Shown: positions 52,804 through 64,000 of the stretch, piece after piece
Numbering within the stretch: the stretch's first letter is position 1
How the letters are laid out: the number at the start of each line of letters is the position of its first letter
DNA from: the human T2T-CHM13v2.0 reference genome, Homo sapiens
Strand: one strand, 5' to 3'
Assembly: GCF_009914755.1 (NCBI RefSeq)
Contig: NC_060928.1
Length of the DNA: 64,000 bases
The notes under the pieces: generated by a model
Database searches by the model: none
What the model was told of the DNA's origin: nothing
The model's input: only the letters and a program-made list of their open reading frames with translations
Translations under genes and position numbers: made by a program

Positions 52804-52879
52804 CTGCTGTGAACAAATTGAAAATTTAGACAAAAGAGTCAGACAACAGGTGAAAAATTGATTTTATCACAGATAAAAG
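52804..52879 (-). pseudogene. Fossil exon E3
   Basis: Acceptor GTTATTTTGTCTAG|CT; donor CAG|GTATGT; AFICDKINFSPVV*LFCLNFQFVHSR, in frame with E2 and E4. Confidence 0.68.
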
Positions 52880-52950
52880 CTAGACAAAATAACATCACTT
52901 AACATGAAAGCCAAAATAATCATGCTGATTCCTTAGTCCTCCTGTCTGAC

Positions 52951-53028
52951 CTGAAGAATTGATTATTTAAACAAACATTGCATCGTCAGATTCACTTCCT
53001 CAGATAGCTACCTCATAATAATATGGTG
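52951..53028 (-). pseudogene. Fossil exon E2
   Basis: Acceptor TTTTCTCTTTCTCTCTAG|CA; donor CAG|GTCAGA; 78 nt; PYYYEVAI*GSESDDAMFV*IINSS; 71-nt intron to E3. Confidence 0.65.
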
Positions 53029-53182
53029 CTAGAGAGAAAGAGAAAATATGCAAATTTTTACAATCATGGTATTTGACATGCAAGCAATGATTATTGGCTC
53101 ATCAAGAAGGTCTTTCACCTCTGTGGGGAAAAGCACAAGGTATTTTAACAAGTCTAGAGTGTTAATGAAAAAATATCTCAAG

Positions 53183-56100
53183 AGGAGGGAAAGCAGGATG
53201 GCCAAATAAAAGCCTCCACTGATCATTCTCCCTATAGGAACACCAAATTGAACAACTATCCACACAAAAAAAGCTCTTTCATAAACACCAAATTATCAGC
53301 TTAGGTACTAGCTTAGCCACAGTGAGATCTTGGGGTCCTTGATTTCAAGGCTTTAGCTCTTAGATGGCATTTCTGGACATGCCCTGGCCCAGAGGGTAGC
53401 ACACTGCACTGAAGGGAGAGTTCCAAGCCTTCCAGAATTCACCACAAGCTGAAGAGTTCTTAGACCTTGAGTGAGTATCAGCAGTACCCAAGAAATACTT
53501 GCCAAGGATCTGGAGTGGGGGTGTGGTGGACATGGAGAGAGACTCTTCTGCTTGTAGAAAGGGTGAGGAAGAGTGGGAAAGACTTTGTGGCTTGGGCACA
53601 AGCTCAGCCACAGGAGAATAGAGTACCATGTAGATTCCTAAGATTTCTGACTCCAGCCCATACCTCCTGGATGGCATCTTGAAACCTGGCAAGGACAAGG
53701 GAATCTCATCACGCTGAAGACAAGGACATAAGCCTGGCTGGTTTCACCATCGGCTGGTTGTAAAGCCCTAAGGACTTGACAAAACATTTGAGGTAGCTGG
53801 GCAGTAGTTACCACAGGACTTGGATGAGATCCAGTGCTGTGCTGGCTTCAAGTCTGACCCAGCATACTCCCAGTTGTGGTGGTCACAAAGTTGCTTCTGT
53901 CTCCTCTCCCCCAGCTTCAGGCAGCTCAGCACAGAGAGACTCCATTTGTTTGGAAGAAAGTAAAGGAAAAAGCAAGAGTCTCTGTTTGGTAATACAGATA
54001 ATTCTTCGGGATCTTATCCAAGGTAGTACCTCTATAACTCTGCAGGAGTCACGACATTACTGGGTTTGAAGTGTCCCTTAAAGCAGATATGGCTGTAGTG
54101 ACCAAAAACTTAAATCACAACACCTAAGTCCCTTTGAATACCTGAAAAACAGTCCCAAGAAAGATAGATACAAAAAAAGCCAGACTGTGAAGGCTTACAA
54201 TGAATACCTAACTCTTCAATGCCCAGACAGTGATGAACATCCACAGCATCAAGACCTTCTGGGAAAACATGACCTCACCAAATGAACTAAATAAGGTACC
54301 AGTGACTAATTCTGGAGAGATGGAAATATCATTCCAAATATTTGGAGAGACATTTCAGAGACACAATCCAAAATGATTGTTTTGAAGAAATTTACAATAA
54401 CACAGAAAAGGAATTCCGAATCCTATCAGATAAATAAAAGATATTGAAATAATTAAAAAGGATCAGGCAGAAATTCTGGAGTTGAAAAATGCAATTGTCT
54501 TACTGAAGAATGCATCAGAGATTCAACAGCAGAATTGAACAAGCAGAGGAACAAATTAGTGTGCTTGAAGACAGGCTATTAGAAAACACACAGTCAGAGG
54601 AGACAAAAGAAAAAAATAAAAATGAATAAAGCATGCCTACAAAATCTATAAAATAGCCTCAGAAGGGCAAATCTAATAATTATTAGTTATTGGCCTTAAA
54701 GAGGAGAGAGAGAGTGTAGAAAGTTTGTTTAAAGCAATGATGATAGAGTACCTCCCAAACCTACATCCGAAGTACAAGAATAATGGACTATCAGGTGAAT
54801 TTAACCCAAACAAGACTACCTCAAGACATTTAATAATCAGACTCACAAAGATCAAGGATAAAGAAAGGATCCTAAAAACAGCAAAAGAAAAAAAAATAAC
54901 ATCCAATGAGGCTCCAATGCATTTGGCCTCAGACTTCTCAGTGAAGTCCTTACAGGCCAGGAAATAATGAAATGACACATTGAAGTACTGAAGAAAAAGT
55001 AACTTGTATAATAGAATAGTATTAATATATCCAGCAAAAATAAACTTCAAACATGAAGGAGAAATAAAGATTTTTCCAGATAAACAAAAACTGAGGGATT
55101 TCATCAAGACCAGATCTGTCCTACAAGAAATACTATAGGAAGTTCTTTGATCTGAAAGAAAATAATGTTATTAAGCAATATGAAACCATCAGAAGGTACA
55201 AAACTCACCGGTAATAGTAAGTACACAGAAAAACTCAGAATATTATAACACAGTAATAGTGATATATAAACTACTTACAACTTTATTAGAAAGACTAAAA
55301 GATGAACCGATAAAAAATAACTACTTTATGTTGCCAAGATATAGACAGGACAATAAGATATAAATAGAATAGTGAAAAGTTAAAAGGTGGGGGGATTAGA
55401 CAGGCATCGTGGCTCAAGCCTATAATCCCTAGATCACCTGAGGCCAGGAGTTTGAGACAAGCCTGATCAAAATAATGAAACCTCATCTCTACTAAGAATA
55501 CAAAAAAAAAAAAAAATTAGCTGGGTGTGGTGGCACATGGCTATAATCCCAGCTACTTGAGAGGGTGAGGTAGCAGAATCACTCGGACCTGGGAGCCCAC
55601 ATTGTGCCACTTCACAGCAACCTGGGCAACAGAGCAAGACTTCATCTCAAAAATAAATAAACAAACTAAATAAATAAATAAATACATATAAAAATAAAAA
55701 GTCAGGGGATGAAGTTAAAGTATTGTTAGTTTACACTTGTTAGTTTGCTTGCTTACGCAATCAGTGTTAGGATGTCATCAGTTTAAAATAATGAGTTAAT
55801 AACATATTATTTGCAAGCCTCAAAAAGCATACAACAGATAAACAAATAATAAAAGACAAGAAATTAAAGCATACCATCAGAGAAAATCATCTTCACTGAT
55901 AGGAAGGACAAAAGATAGAAAAGACAACAAATTTTAAAATGGCAAAAATAAGTCCTTACTTATCAATAATGTTGAATATAAATGGACTGAACTCTCCAAT
56001 CAAAAGATATAGAGTGACAGAATGGATTAAAAAGAAACACCCAACAATACATTGCCTACAAGAAACAGACCTGAAGTATAAAAACATATATACATGGAAA

Positions 56101-59100
56101 ATAAAGAGATGGAAAAATATATTTCATGGAAATGGAAACCAAGAAAAAAAAAAGGAAGCAGAGTAGCTATACTTACATGAGACTACATAGATTTCAAGAC
56201 AAACATTACAAGAAGAGGCAAAGGTCATTAAACAACGATAAAGGTGTCAATTCAGCAAGAGGATGTAACAATTATAAATATATATATGCACCTAACACTG
56301 GAGCACCCAGATATATAAAGCAAATACTATTAGAGCTCAAGAGAGAGGTAGACCCCAATACAATAATAACTGGAAAATTCGATGCCTCATTTTCAGTATT
56401 GTAAAAAATTCACACTGAAAGAAAATCAACAGAAGAGACAGACTTAATCTGCACTATAGACCAAATGGACCTAATAGACATTTATGGAACATTTCATCTA
56501 AAACATACAGAATACACATCTGTCTCCTCACCAAATGAATCATATGTTAGGCCACAAAACAAGTCTTAAAACCTGCAAAAGATTCAAATAATATCAGCTA
56601 TCTTCTCTGACTACAACGGAATAAAATTAGAAATCAGTAACAAGAGGAATTTTGGAAAATATGCAAACACATGGAAATTAAACAATAGGCTCATGAATAA
56701 CCAGTGGGTCAATAAAAAAACTGAGAAGGAAATTATATTTTGAACAAATGATAATGGAAACAAAACACACCTACACCTATGGGATACAGTGAAGGCAGAA
56801 CTAAGAGTAAAGTTTATAGCTATAAGCGCCTATATCAAAAAAAGTAGAAAAACTTCAATTGAACAACTTTATGATGCATTTTAAAGAATTAGAAAAGCAA
56901 GAACAAACTAAACCCAAAATTAGTAGAAGAAAACAAATAATAAAGATCAGAGCAGAAATAAATGAAATTAAAACAAAGAAAACAATACAAAATATCAATG
57001 AAGCAAAGATAAACAAAATAGAAAAACTTTTAGCCAGACTAACTAAAAATAAAAATTAATAGAGACATTTGAATTACATAAAGTCAGACATGAAAAATGA
57101 TACATTACAATTGATACCATGGAAATTCAAAAGACCATTAAAGGTTACCATGAGAAACTATATGCCAATAAATTGGAAAACCTAGAATAAATAAATTCCT
57201 TGACACATAGAAACTGACTAAGATTGAACTATGAGGAAACACAAAACCTTAACAGACCAATAACAAGTAATGAGATTGAAAGCATAGTAAGAAGTCCTGC
57301 AGCAAAAAAATAAAGCCGTGGACCCCATGGCTTCACGGCTGAATTTTACCAAACATTGAAAGAAGAACTAATACCAATCCTACTCAAAGTATTACCAAAA
57401 AATAAATGAGGAAATACTTCCAAATTCATTCTACAAGGCCAGTATTACTCTGATACTAAAACCAGACAAAGATATATCAAAAAAAAAAAAAAAAAAAGAA
57501 AATAAAGAAAGAAAAGAAAAGAAAACTACAGGCCAATATCCCTGATGAACATTGTTGGTAAAATTGTTAACAAAATATTAGCAAATGGAATTCAACAACA
57601 CATTAGAAAGTTCACTCATCATGACCAAGTGGAATTTATCTCAGGGATACAAGGATGATTCAACATATGCAAGCAAATCAATGTGATAGCAACAGAATGA
57701 AGAACAAAAACCTTGTGATCATTTCAATTGATTTTAAAGAATTAGAAAATCAAGAACAAACCACGGTACAGTTTCAAAATCACTGTATAGTTTCCAAAAC
57801 TTCTCTTGCTTTTCAGATGCTAAAAATACATTTGATAAAATTCAACATCCCTTCATGATTTAAAAACTCATTTAAAAATAGGGTATAGAAGGAAGATACC
57901 TCAGCACAATAAAAGCCAAATGCAACAGACCAACAGCTAATATCAGAATGAAAGGAGAAAACCTGAAAGCCTTTCCTCTAATATCTGAAACACAATAAGG
58001 ATTCCAACTTTCACCACTGTTATTTGACATAGAACTAGAAGTGCTAGCTAAAGCAATCAGATAGAAAAAAAAGAAATAAAGGGAATCCATTGAAAATGAA
58101 ACAGTAAAATTATTCTTGTTTGCAGATGATATGATCTTATATTTTGAAAAACCTAAAGACTTGATCGAAAAACTATTAGAACTAATTAATACATTCAGCA
58201 AAGTTGCAGGATTCTAAATTAACCTACACAATTAGTAGCATTTCTATATGCCAACAGTGGACAATCTGCAAAAAAGTTTAAAAGTAATCCTATTCACAAT
58301 AGGTACAAGTAAAATAAAATGCCTAGTAATTAACCAAAGAAATGAAAGATCTCTACAATGGAAACTATAAAACCTCAATGAAATAAATTGAAGAGGACAC
58401 CAAAAAATGGAAAGATCGGTCATGGTTACAGATTGGAAAAATCAAGATTGTTAAAATGTCAATACTACCCAAAACAATCTACATTGTCAATGTAATCCTT
58501 ATAAAAATACCAATAATATCATTCACAGAAATAGAAAAAACATTCTAAAATTTATATGGAGTCGCAAGAAACCCAGAATGGCCAAAGCTATCCTGAGCAA
58601 AAAGGGCAAAACTAGAGGAATTTCATTACCTGACTTCAAATTTACTACAGGGCTCTAGTAACAAAAACAGCATGTTATTGGCATAAAAACAGACACAGAC
58701 CAGTTGAATAAAAAGAAGAAACCACAAAAAAACCATATGTCTAATGTGAACTTATTTTTAATAAAGGTTCCAAGAACACACATTGGAGAAAGAACAGTGT
58801 CTTCAATAAATGGTGCTGGAAAAACTGGGTGCCCCTATGCAAAAGAATGAAACTAGATCTCTGTCTCTTTTCATATACAAAAATCTAGTCAAAATAGATA
58901 AAAGACTTACATCTAAGACATCAAACTATGAAACTACTAAAAAAAATACTTTGAGAAAAATCTCCAGGACATTGGACGGGACAAAGATTACTTGCGTAAT
59001 ACCCCAAAAGCACAGGCAACAAAGCAAAAATGGAAAAATGGGATCACTTCACGTTAAAAAGCTTCTGCACAGCGTCAGAAACAATCAACAGAGGAGACAG

Positions 59101-60207
59101 TCAACTCACAGAATGGGAGAAAATATTTGCAAACTACCCACATGACAAGGGATTCGTAACCAAAATATATAAGGAGCTCAAAGGATTCTATAGGAAAAGT
59201 CTAATCATTCTGTCGAAAAATGGGCAATTGATTTGAATAAATGTTTCTCAAAAGAAGATATATGAATGCCAAACAGGCATATGAAAAGGTAGTCACATTA
59301 TTGGTCATCAGAGAAATGCAAATCAAAACTAAAATTAAGTATTATCTCACCCAAATTAAAATGGCTTTTATCCAAAAGTTAGACAATAACAAATGCTGGT
59401 GAATGCATGAAGAAAAGGCAACAATTGCACACTTTTAGTGGGAATGTAAACTGTTAAAGCCACTACGGACAACAGTTTGGAGGTTCTTCAAAAAAGCAAA
59501 AATAGAATTACCATATGATCCAGCAATCCCATTGCTAGGTATATGCCCAAAGAATACAATTCAGATTATTGAAGAGATATCTGCACTCTCATATTTACTT
59601 CAGCACTGTTCACCATAGCCAAGATTTGAAAGACACTTAAGTGTCCATCATCAGACAAATGGATAAAGAAAATGTGGTACATATGCACAATGGAGTACTC
59701 CTGAGCCATAAAGAGAATGAGATTCTGTTATTTGCAACAACAAGGGTGAAACTGGAGGTAATTATGTTAAGTGAAATAAGCCAGTACAGAAAGGCAAACT
59801 TTACATGTTCTCACTTATGTGTGGGAGCTCAAAATTATACAATTGAATTCATAGAGATAAAAGGAGAATGAGGATTATCAGAGGCTGAGAAGGGAATTGG
59901 GGGTGGGGAGTTGGATTAGCTAAGGGATACTAACATACAATTAGATGTAATAAATAAGATATATTATTTGATAGCACAGAGGATGGGTACAGTCAGCAAT
60001 AATTTATTGTTCTTTTAAAAATAGCTAAAATAGTATAATTAGATTGTTTGTAACACAAAGGATAAATGGTTGAGTTGATGGAAACTCATTTACCCTGATG
60101 TGATTATTACACACTGTATGCTTGTATCAAAATATCTCATGGACTCTATAAATATATACACTTACTGTGTACCTAAAACAATTAAAAATAAATAATAACT
60201 AATAAAA
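53183..60207 (+). mobile_element. Near full-length decayed L1 (L1MA2/L1MA3-like)
   Basis: 5'UTR (GATGGCCAAATAAAAGCCTCCACTGATC), ORF1 (KDKERILKTAKEKK...SDFSVKSLQARK), ORF2 endonuclease (LNINGLNSPIKR, IYAPNTGAPRYIK), RT region, 3'UTR and A tail. Confidence 0.95.
55399..55700 (+). mobile_element. Old Alu nested in the L1 inter-ORF region
   Basis: GTGGCTCAAGCCTATAATCCC...GATCACCTGAGGCCAGGAGTTTGAGAC...CCTGGGCAACAGAGCAAGAC with internal deletions. Confidence 0.9.
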
Positions 60208-60769
60208 AGTATTTCTGCAAGGAAGGCTTAGATATGGTTGTCTTGAGAGCTATATATTAACTAAAAGATATTCTGGCAAAAACATTCACTTTTCCAACAA
60301 ATGTTTACCTTCATCTTCTTCATTTAAAGATGATATCACCCTATTTACCCAAAATGATTATTTTAATTTTATTAATATGTGTGTTGACAAAATATAGAGA
60401 TTCTAGCAACTTAAAAGAGTGGAAAACTCATTAATAGTTTTTTGGTATATTCTATCAATTCAATCATCTTTGATGTTTTTCTTTATACTTCTGTCTATTT
60501 TACTTCTGAAATATTGTTAGTTTGAATAGCAGGGTTCTTTTAAAAATTTGTATCAATTTAGAGACTACAAGTACAGTTTTATTACATGAATATATTCCCT
60601 AGTGGTGGAGTCTGGGCTTTTAGTGTAATAAGTTTTTTATATAATAGAGTTTATTAGAAGATTTATAAGATTGGTCAAAAAACTATAAATTAGTATTAAA
60701 ATACATTTACAGTGCTCCAGTAAGTTACTTGCATTACATATAATAGGAAAATCATCAAAAGTCTTTTTG

Positions 60770-62747
60770 GAACCATTCTACTCTCCACTTGTATGACTTA
60801 AACTTTTTGATATTTGACATATAAGTGAGATTATGTGATATTTATTTACTATGCCTGGTTTCTATCACTTAACATAATGCCCTCAAAGTTTATCCATATT
60901 GTTCATGTTAGCATAATTAACAGAATTTTCCTCTTTTTAAAGACTGAATGGTATTTCATTGTGTATATGCCATATTTTATTTATGAATTCATCAGTTGAT
61001 GGACAATTTGATTGAGCCCATATTTTAGCTACTGTAAATAATGCTGCAATGAGCATGGGTGTGCAGATATCTCTTAGACATACTGATTTCATTTCCTCTG
61101 GATATATACCCAGCAATGGGATTGCTAAATCATATGGTAGTTTTACATTTATTTTTTGAGTGCTTTCCATAGTGGCTGTACTAATTTATATTCCTATCAA
61201 CAGTATGTAATGGTCCCCTTTTCTCCATATCCTTTCCAACACTTATGTTTTGTCTTTTTAGTAATAGCCATTCCAACACGTGTTAGGTGATATTTCATTG
61301 TGGTTTTAATTTGAACTTCCCTGATAATTAGTGAAAGTGAGCATTTTTACATACACTTTCTGGCCATTTATATGTCTTCTTTTTTTATTTTATTATTATT
61401 TCATTTTATTTTATTTTATTATTATTATACTTTAAGTTTTAGGGTACATGTGCACAATGTGCAGGTTAGTTACATATGTATACATGTGCCATGCTGGTGT
61501 GCTGCACCCATTAACTGGTCATTTAGCATTAGGTATATCTCCTAATGATATCCCTCCCCCCTCCCCCCACCCCACAACAGTCCCCAGAGTGTGATATTCC
61601 CCTTCCTGTGTCCATGTGTTCTCACTGTTCAATTCCCACCTATGAGTGAGAATATGCGGTGTTTGGTTTTTTGTTCTTACGATAGTTTAGTGAGAATGAT
61701 GATTTCCAATTTCATCCATGTCCCTACAACGGACATGAATTCATCATTTTTTATGGCTGCATAATATTCCATGGTTTATATGTGCCACATTTTCTTAATC
61801 CAGTCTATCATTGTTGGACATTTGGGTTGGTTCCAAGTCTTTGCTATTGTGAATAGAGCCACAATAAACATACGTGTGCATGTGTCTTTATAGCAGCATG
61901 ATTTATAGTCCTTTGGGTATATACCCAGTAATGGGATGGCTGGGTCAAATGGTGTTTCTATTTCTAGAACCCTGAGGAATCGCCACACTGACTTCCACAA
62001 TGGTTGAACTAGTTTACAGTCCCACCAACAGTGTAAAAGTGTTCCTAATTCTCCACATCCTCTCCAGCACTTGTTGTTTCCTGACTTTTTAATGATTGCC
62101 ATTCTAACTGGTGTGAGATGGTATCTCATTGTGGTATTGATTTGCATTTCTCTGATGGCCCGTGATGGTGAGCATTTTTTCATGTGTTTTTTGACTGCAT
62201 AAATGTCTTGAGAAGTGTCTGTTCATGTCCTTCGCCCAGTTTTTGATGGGGTTGTTTGTTTTTTTCTTGTAAATTTGTTTGAATTCACTGTAGATTCTGG
62301 ATATTAGCCCTTTGTCAGATGCCTAAAACCATAAAAACCCTAGAAGAAAACCTAGGCATTACCATTCAGGACATAGGCATGGGCAAGGACTTCATGTCTA
62401 AAACACCAAAAGCAATGGCAACAAAAGCCAAAATTGACAAATGGGATCTAATTAAACTAAAGAGCTTCTGCACAGCAAAAGAAACTACCATCAGAGTGAA
62501 CAGGCAACCTACAAAATGGGAGAAAATTGTATGTCTTCTTTTGAAAAATGTTTATTCAAATTCTCTGCCCAGGTTTTAACTAGATTTTTTAAATAATGAG
62601 TTGTTTGCGTTCCTTACATATTTTTCAGATTAACTCTTTATCAGATGTATAGTATGCAAATATATTTTCCCATTCCTTATGTTTTCACTTCACTCTGTTG
62701 TTATTTTTCTTGGCTGTGCAGAAGCTTCGTAGTTTGATGTATTCCTG
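60770..62747 (-). mobile_element. Old L1MA/MB 3' fragment, split by a younger L1PA (host parts 60770-61380 and 62530-62747)
   Basis: ORF2 C-terminus [14 protein letters not shown]...[15 protein letters not shown]; host sequence is continuous across the TSD. Confidence 0.88.
61381..62529 (-). mobile_element. Young 5'-inverted (twin-primed) L1PA2/3-like insertion
   Basis: Antisense 3' part 61381-62320 and sense (inverted) part 62321-62529; TSD TATGTCTTCTTTT at 61371-61383 and 62530-62542. Confidence 0.93.
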
Positions 62748-62929
62748 TGCCAACATGAACGACATAGATGAACCTGGAGGGCATTATGTTAAGTGACAGA
62801 AACCAGGCACAGAAAAACAAATACCACATAATCTCACTTAAATGTCAAATCTAAAAAAGTTAAACTCATACAAGTAGAGAGTGGAATGGTTCCAAAAAGA
62901 CTTTTGATGATCTTTCTATTACATGTAAT
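62748..62929 (+). repeat. Inverted duplicate of 60733-60913
   Basis: Reverse complement matches 60733-60913, including the non-L1 flank ATCATCAAAAGTCTTTTTGGAACCATTC. Confidence 0.88.
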
Positions 62930-63015
62930 ATATATACTTGTATATATAAATATACATAAAATATATATACATATATAAATATACATTTAAATATATATAT
63001 ATATATTTTCTTTGC

Positions 63016-63212
63016 TTTTCCATTGAAATCCCTAAATTCGGTGTGCAGACCAAAAACATGGAGCTTGTGAAAATGTCTTCTGAGTACCTGACTGTGAACT
63101 GAGAACTCAGCGAATGGAGAAAACATTTTAGTGCCAAGATAACTACTGTTGCCTGGAATATCCTCCCTCCTTTTGGGATTTTTGACCAGAATATAGGAAA
63201 CTTAAACACTAC
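63016..63212 (-). pseudogene. Fossil exon E1 (most 5' exon visible)
   Basis: Acceptor TTTATTCTCTGATTAAAG|GT; decayed donor AAA|GCAAAG; SV*VSYILVKNPKRREDIPGNSSYLGTKMFSPFAEFSVHSQVLRRHFHKLHVFGLHTEFRDFNGK. Confidence 0.55.
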
Positions 63213-63313
63213 CTTTAATCAGAGAATAAATAAATTAATAAACAACCATATGGCTTACATGCCATCAGTAATTCTCCCCCTATCCTTTTTCTTCTCATAC
63301 CAAAAACAGTAGA

Positions 63314-63661
63314 CAGCCATGCATTGCATGCACTGGCAATCATACATTATATAAACATGTTTCAGTCAATGATGGACTGCATATATGATTACGGTTCCAT
63401 AATATTATGATATCGTATTTTTACTGTACCACTTAAATGTTTAGATACACAAATACCATGTGTTATAATCTCCTACAGTATTCACTACAGTAACATGCTG
63501 TACAGGTTTATAGCCTAGGAGCAAATGAGCTATGCCATATACCCCAGGAGTATGCTAGACTATAGTATCTATGTTTAACACTCTCTGATGTTTGCACAAC
63601 AATGAATTTGCCAATGATACACTTATCAGATTTTTTTCCAGTCGCTAAGCTATGCATTACT
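63314..63661. mobile_element. Tigger3/MER7-like DNA transposon
   Basis: GTTTCAGTCAATGATGGACTGCATATATGA and CAGTAACATGCTGTACAGGTTTATAGCCTAGGAGCAA motifs. Confidence 0.85.
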
Positions 63662-64000
63662 TTATACTACCAAGTGATAATAACAAAAATAGCATGGAAC
63701 TGGCATAAAAACAAACACACAGACCTATGGAACAGAACAGAAAACCCATACATAAATCTATTGTTTTATTTTTGCTGTACCTCTTTGCATTTTATTTAGT
63801 GATTATTATAGATATTACAGTAACAGTATTCCATAGTCTGTATAAAGATGTTGTACCACTTTAGATAGCATCATGAAAGCTTACAATTTAGTATGCCCAT
63901 TAATCCATTCTCAATCTTTTATGCTAAAATCGTCTATGTATAAAATTACACGAGACAGCACTATAGCTTTCCTTTAAACAATCATAGGAATTTTTAGAGA

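Overview
AT-rich primate (human-like) nuclear DNA. Alu, L1, L2, MIR, MaLR, ERV-L/ERV1 LTRs and Tigger/hAT fossils make up much of the window. No intact protein-coding gene, RNA gene or CRISPR array is visible, and almost all listed ORFs come from repeats or chance. The main hidden structure is a decayed, intron-containing gene on the minus strand. It has about 16 exon-like blocks between 63212 and ~8280 (roughly 4 kb of former coding sequence), mostly bounded by canonical splice signals, with reading frames broken by stops and frameshifts. I do not recognise the gene; its 3' exons look HEAT/ARM-like. Other notable items are a THE1B/HERV-L chimera with two different LTRs at what appears to be one insertion site, a near-perfect 39-bp hairpin, an inverted duplication, an old direct duplication and a templated-insertion scar. 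Repeat subfamily names are by-eye recognitions from memory of consensus sequences, and the boundaries of old repeats are approximate.
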